From assembly GCA_020148045.1 (NCBI GenBank), contig JAHCRG010000017.1:21229-85228 (forward strand): DNA of 64,000 nucleotides, read 5' to 3'. Source of the DNA: Patescibacteria group bacterium (lineage in GTDB: Bacteria > Patescibacteriota > Minisyncoccia > Minisyncoccales > GWA2-38-27). Position numbers and translations under genes: made by a program. A model generated the notes under the pieces. The model was not told the DNA's origin. It did no database searches and saw only the letters and a program-made list of their open reading frames with translations. Positions 61,018 to 64,000 of this stretch are shown here, one piece after another; position 1 is the stretch's first letter; each line of letters begins with the position of its first letter.

Positions 61018-61449
61018 TTACTCGATGGTTTCTCTATATTTATCTCCTTTTTTAGGTTTTTTCTTGGGTAGCTCAGTTTCCGGAGGCAAAGAAGTTACTT
61101 TTGGTTTTACCCCGGGCTTAATTTTTATCTTATAAAGCGCCTCTAGACTTTTTTTGACCGGAAGAAAAACAAACCTTGTGATTTCTGAAGCAATTTGTCC
61201 AGCTTTACTTTTTTCTATTTTTAATTCTTTTTCCAAGACATCTGAAAATTCATTTGGCGGCAAAAGACCAAGAAAAACGTAGCCAATATTTTTGGCAATA
61301 TCAAAAATTAGGTCATCGTCTGTAATTTCATTTTTACTGCAAATCTCCTGGATGTTGGCAGCAACTTCTTTAGAAAAAGCAGCTTTCTGAAGGTCTTTAG
61401 GAAGATTTTTATAAAGCTCCCAGAGTTGTTCTTTTGGATAGTCCGGCAT
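61018..61449 (-). CDS. Hypothetical protein, first gene of the T4SS-like operon
   Basis: 143 aa, soluble, with a K/P-rich tail. The stop-start gap to the next gene is 1 nt. Confidence 0.5.
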   Translation of the reverse strand: MPDYPKEQLWELYKNLPKDLQKAAFSKEVAANIQEICSKNEITDDDLIFDIAKNIGYVFLGLLPPNEFSDVLEKELKIEKSKAGQIASEITRFVFLPVKKSLEALYKIKIKPGVKPKVTSLPPETELPKKKPKKGDKYRETIE

Positions 61450-61455
61450 TAATTC

Positions 61456-61464
61456 ATTATATCA
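61456..61464 (-). promoter_or_regulatory. Extended -10 promoter (TGaTATAAT) 6 nt upstream of the ATG (leaderless-type)
   Basis: The reverse strand reads TGATATAAT-GAATTA-ATG. This is the same -10/GAATTA/ATG layout as at rsmA. Confidence 0.5.
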
Positions 61465-61468
61465 TAAA

Positions 61469-61501
61469 CAAAAAAAGCAACCCAGTGGATAAAAAGTTGC
61501 T
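61469..61501 (-). terminator. Intrinsic terminator after the PBP gene
   Basis: The reverse strand reads AGCAAC-(14-nt loop)-GTTGCT followed by T7. Confidence 0.55.
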
Positions 61502-61566
61502 ACAAAAGCGTTGAGAAATGCTCTTGTTTTCTTTCCCTCGCACCTAATTTATTAGGTAGTGATGGG

Positions 61567-63531
61567 TTATTCGGTTTCTTTAGTTTCTGGAGGAGTAAAG
61601 TTTTCTTTTGGGAATTTGGCAAGGGCTTCGAGCATAAAGGCGCGCCAGATGGGACCTGCTAAGACTACCCCTGGTTTTTTACTCATTGGGGTATTATCAT
61701 TATTTCCAACCCAGACCCCGGCTGCAATGTTCGGAGTATATCCAATAGTCCAGGCATCTCTGTAATTATTTGTTGTCCCAGTTTTAGCCGCTACTTGATA
61801 ATTTTCAAAATATAAGGCGGAATTAGCTCCAAACATCGGGGTTCTGGCCTCGTTATCTGACAAAATATCATTAAGTAGTCTTACGGGTTCTTGTTCCAAA
61901 ACTCTTCTTGGAGTTTTTTTATTTTCTTCAATAATATTTCCTTTTGAGTCCTCAATTTTTGAGATGGAAACCGGGGGAAGCTTTAGGCCTTCGGTTGCAA
62001 AAACACCATAGCTAGAAACCATCTCAAGTAATCTGATTTCGCCTCCTCCCAGTACAATTGAAGGTCCATAAAAAGAGGGGGGTCTGTTTAAGGTAGTGAT
62101 GCCACATTTTCCAGCTGTCTCTATACTTTCTAGTAGTCCTGCCAAATTAAGCAGGACTTTGACTGAAGGAACGTTTATAGATTGAGCTAAGGCCTGTCTT
62201 AAGGTTACCGGTCCTCTAAACAGGCCGTCATAATTTTTGGGGATGTATTCTTCTTTGCCCCAGATGCCAAAATTAGTTTCTTCATCAATAACAATATATT
62301 CATCGTCATAGCCATTTTGGAAGGCAGTTGTATAAACAAAAGGCTTGAAAGCAGAACCGGGCTGACGTCCTATCCTATAAGTAGCTACATTAACATCTGG
62401 GTCGAACAAACAATCTACTTCTGGCGTTAAATCACACCCTTCAGGATAGGATTCTCCGAACCAATCAGCTGAGCCAACCATAGCTAAAATTTCTCCGGTT
62501 TTTGGGTCAATCGCTACTAAAGAAGCATTATACGCTTTATATCCTTTATTTCTTTCAATACGTTCTTCTATAGCTTTTTCAGCTGCTTTCTGAAGCTCCC
62601 AATCCAAAGTAGTATAAACTTTAAAACCTTCTTCTTCTAAAAAGTTTTTGCCATATTTTCCAAAAAGATATTCCTCAACATGGAAAACGAAATGGGGAGC
62701 TTTAATTGTTTGTTTAATTTCAGCAAATTTTAATTCTTCTTTTTTAGCTGTCTCAGTCTCCTCCGGGGTTAAATAGTCCTCTTTTGCCATTCGGTTTAAA
62801 ACATAATCTTTTCTCCCAAGCAGCTCATCTTTGTTGGGCCCAAAGGGAGAAAGATAACTCGGGGTTTTAATTAAAGCAGCCAAAGAGGCAGCTTCAGCCA
62901 CAGAAATGTCTTTGGTTGATTTGTTAAAATAAGTTTTTGAGGCAGCTTCCACCCCATAGATATTAGGTCCAAGAGGAATCTGATTTAGATACCATTCTAA
63001 AATCTGGTCTTTTGAATAACGTCTTTCCATCTCTAAGGTTAAAATAATTTCTCTAACTTTTCTTTTAATAGTTTTTTCTAAGGTTAAAAAAGTAGAACGG
63101 ATAAGTTGCTGGGAAATTGTGGAGCCGCCATAAGTCGGCTTTCCTATTTTTAAATTAATTTGGACAGCTCGGAGAATCCCTCTAAAATCTATCCCGAAAT
63201 GAGAATAAAAGTTAGCATCTTCGGTTGCAATTACTGCTTGTTTTAGATGTTCGGGTATTTCGCTTAAAGGAATAATTTCTCTTTTTTCTTCGCCGTATAA
63301 TTCATAAAGCAAAACTTCCCCGGTTCGGTCATAGATTTTAGTTGATTCAACGAAAGCCCTTTCAGTAAATTTTTCCGGCCGAGGAAGGTCTTTAGCGTAG
63401 TAGATAAACAAGAACAAAGAACAAAGAATAAAGAACAAAAAACAAAAACCCAAAACAACAAGAATCCAAAAAGTAATTCTCTTTTTTTTATTCTTTTTAT
63501 ATATTTTGCGATAAAATTTTCTCTCTGCCAT
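61567..63531 (-). CDS. Class A penicillin-binding protein (glycosyltransferase + transpeptidase)
   Basis: 654 aa with an N-terminal TM helix, the GT51 motifs EDANFYSHFGID and GGSTISQQL, and the TPase motifs SAFKP (SxxK) and KTGTT. Confidence 0.9.
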   Translation of the reverse strand: MAERKFYRKIYKKNKKKRITFWILVVLGFCFLFFILCSLFLFIYYAKDLPRPEKFTERAFVESTKIYDRTGEVLLYELYGEEKREIIPLSEIPEHLKQAVIATEDANFYSHFGIDFRGILRAVQINLKIGKPTYGGSTISQQLIRSTFLTLEKTIKRKVREIILTLEMERRYSKDQILEWYLNQIPLGPNIYGVEAASKTYFNKSTKDISVAEAASLAALIKTPSYLSPFGPNKDELLGRKDYVLNRMAKEDYLTPEETETAKKEELKFAEIKQTIKAPHFVFHVEEYLFGKYGKNFLEEEGFKVYTTLDWELQKAAEKAIEERIERNKGYKAYNASLVAIDPKTGEILAMVGSADWFGESYPEGCDLTPEVDCLFDPDVNVATYRIGRQPGSAFKPFVYTTAFQNGYDDEYIVIDEETNFGIWGKEEYIPKNYDGLFRGPVTLRQALAQSINVPSVKVLLNLAGLLESIETAGKCGITTLNRPPSFYGPSIVLGGGEIRLLEMVSSYGVFATEGLKLPPVSISKIEDSKGNIIEENKKTPRRVLEQEPVRLLNDILSDNEARTPMFGANSALYFENYQVAAKTGTTNNYRDAWTIGYTPNIAAGVWVGNNDNTPMSKKPGVVLAGPIWRAFMLEALAKFPKENFTPPETKETE

Positions 63532-63567
63532 TGTTTTTTATATATATTTATTTTAGAATAAATCAAT

Positions 63568-64000
63568 ATGAAAAGAAAGAATAAATCTCAAAAAATTAAA
63601 GAATTATTAACCAGAGGCGTAGATGAGATTATTAATAAACAGCATCTTGAGAAAAGATTGAAATCCGGCGGAAAACTAAGGGTGAAATTTGGCATTGACC
63701 CAACTGGGTCTGAGCTTCATTTAGGCCATTCTGTTCCTTTTCGAAAGTTAAGGCAATTTCAGGACTTAGGCCATAAAGTTATTTTTTTAATCGGAGATTT
63801 TACTGCTAAGATTGGTGATCCTTCTAGAAGAATGGAAAGAAGAAAGCCCCTTAGCGAAAAACAAATAAAGAATAACATGAAAGATTATGTTAAGCAAACT
63901 TCTAAAGTTTTAGATATTAAAAAAGTAGAGATAAGATACAATAGTGAATGGTACAAAAAAAAGAAAGCAGATTTCTTAATGGATTTAACTTCTCGCTTTA
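63568..64000 (+). CDS. tyrS: Tyrosyl-tRNA synthetase, N-terminal 144 codons (runs off the window end)
   Basis: FGIDPTGSELHLGHSVPFRKLRQFQDLGHKVIFLIGDFTAKIGDPS shows the HIGH region and the TyrRS signature. Confidence 0.9.
   Translation, partial: MKRKNKSQKIKELLTRGVDEIINKQHLEKRLKSGGKLRVKFGIDPTGSELHLGHSVPFRKLRQFQDLGHKVIFLIGDFTAKIGDPSRRMERRKPLSEKQIKNNMKDYVKQTSKVLDIKKVEIRYNSEWYKKKKADFLMDLTSRF

Noticed and set aside
61489-61497. A DnaA-box-like 9-mer (AGTGGATAA, 8/9 match).
   Set aside because: It is a single imperfect box inside a terminator loop, 10 kb from dnaA. That is within chance expectation in an AT-rich genome.
1-64000. Looked for CRISPR arrays, rRNA genes, transposases, integrases, phage genes, toxin-antitoxin pairs and known defence-system signatures.
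   Set aside because: I found no regularly spaced repeats, no rRNA-like conserved blocks, and no ORF with recombinase, transposase or typical defence-domain motifs. The GC-richer islands have no visible terminal repeats or integrase.

Overview
The window is an AT-rich, gene-dense bacterial chromosome segment, transcribed mostly from the minus strand. It spans the replication-origin neighbourhood: dnaN and dnaA on the minus strand, diverging from rpmH-rnpA-yidD-yidC-jag on the plus strand. The housekeeping backbone is pilB/pilC, rny, clpP, tig, ppa, nusA, pnp, rpsO, rsmA, a class A PBP, tyrS, cysK-sufE-sufS, hisD/hisB/hisC, prs and cca. There are also eight tRNA genes (none encodes CCA), several orphan histidine kinases and receiver-only response regulators, and two M23 peptidases. 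Backbone genes almost never have a Shine-Dalgarno (SD) sequence, and several start 5-8 nt after a -10 box or a tRNA 3' end. Together with T4SS-type pilins and K/E-rich surface proteins, this suggests a Patescibacteria/CPR-like organism; that is inference only, since no search was possible. I saw no rRNA, CRISPR array, transposase or integrase.

Main things worth a second look:
1. 38060-47278: a seven-gene operon that looks like a disassembled dikinase. It has one PPDK_N-type ATP-grasp protein, five phosphohistidine swivel domains (four fused to diverged ~380-aa paralogous N-domains, one free-standing), a PlsX/Pta-like protein and an unknown 365-aa protein, with no PEP/pyruvate-binding domain.
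2. 11012-12268: a self-contained cassette of promoter, canonical T-box leader, unknown 290-aa protein and terminator.
3. 18351-18833: a visibly GC-richer unit with its own promoter, hairpin and terminator, wedged between hisD and hisB.
4. 53455-61464: a T4SS-like locus (PrgI/VirB3-like, VirB4, three pilin-domain fusion proteins with very Cys-rich ectodomains) oriented head-on to replication. A fourth pilin and a GC-richer membrane-protein island lie at 31236-37972.
5. A 29-nt GC-rich segment shared in the same reading frame by nusA and a K/E-rich surface protein.

All calls rest on reading the sequence and ORF translations by eye. No database search, covariance model or composition statistic was run.
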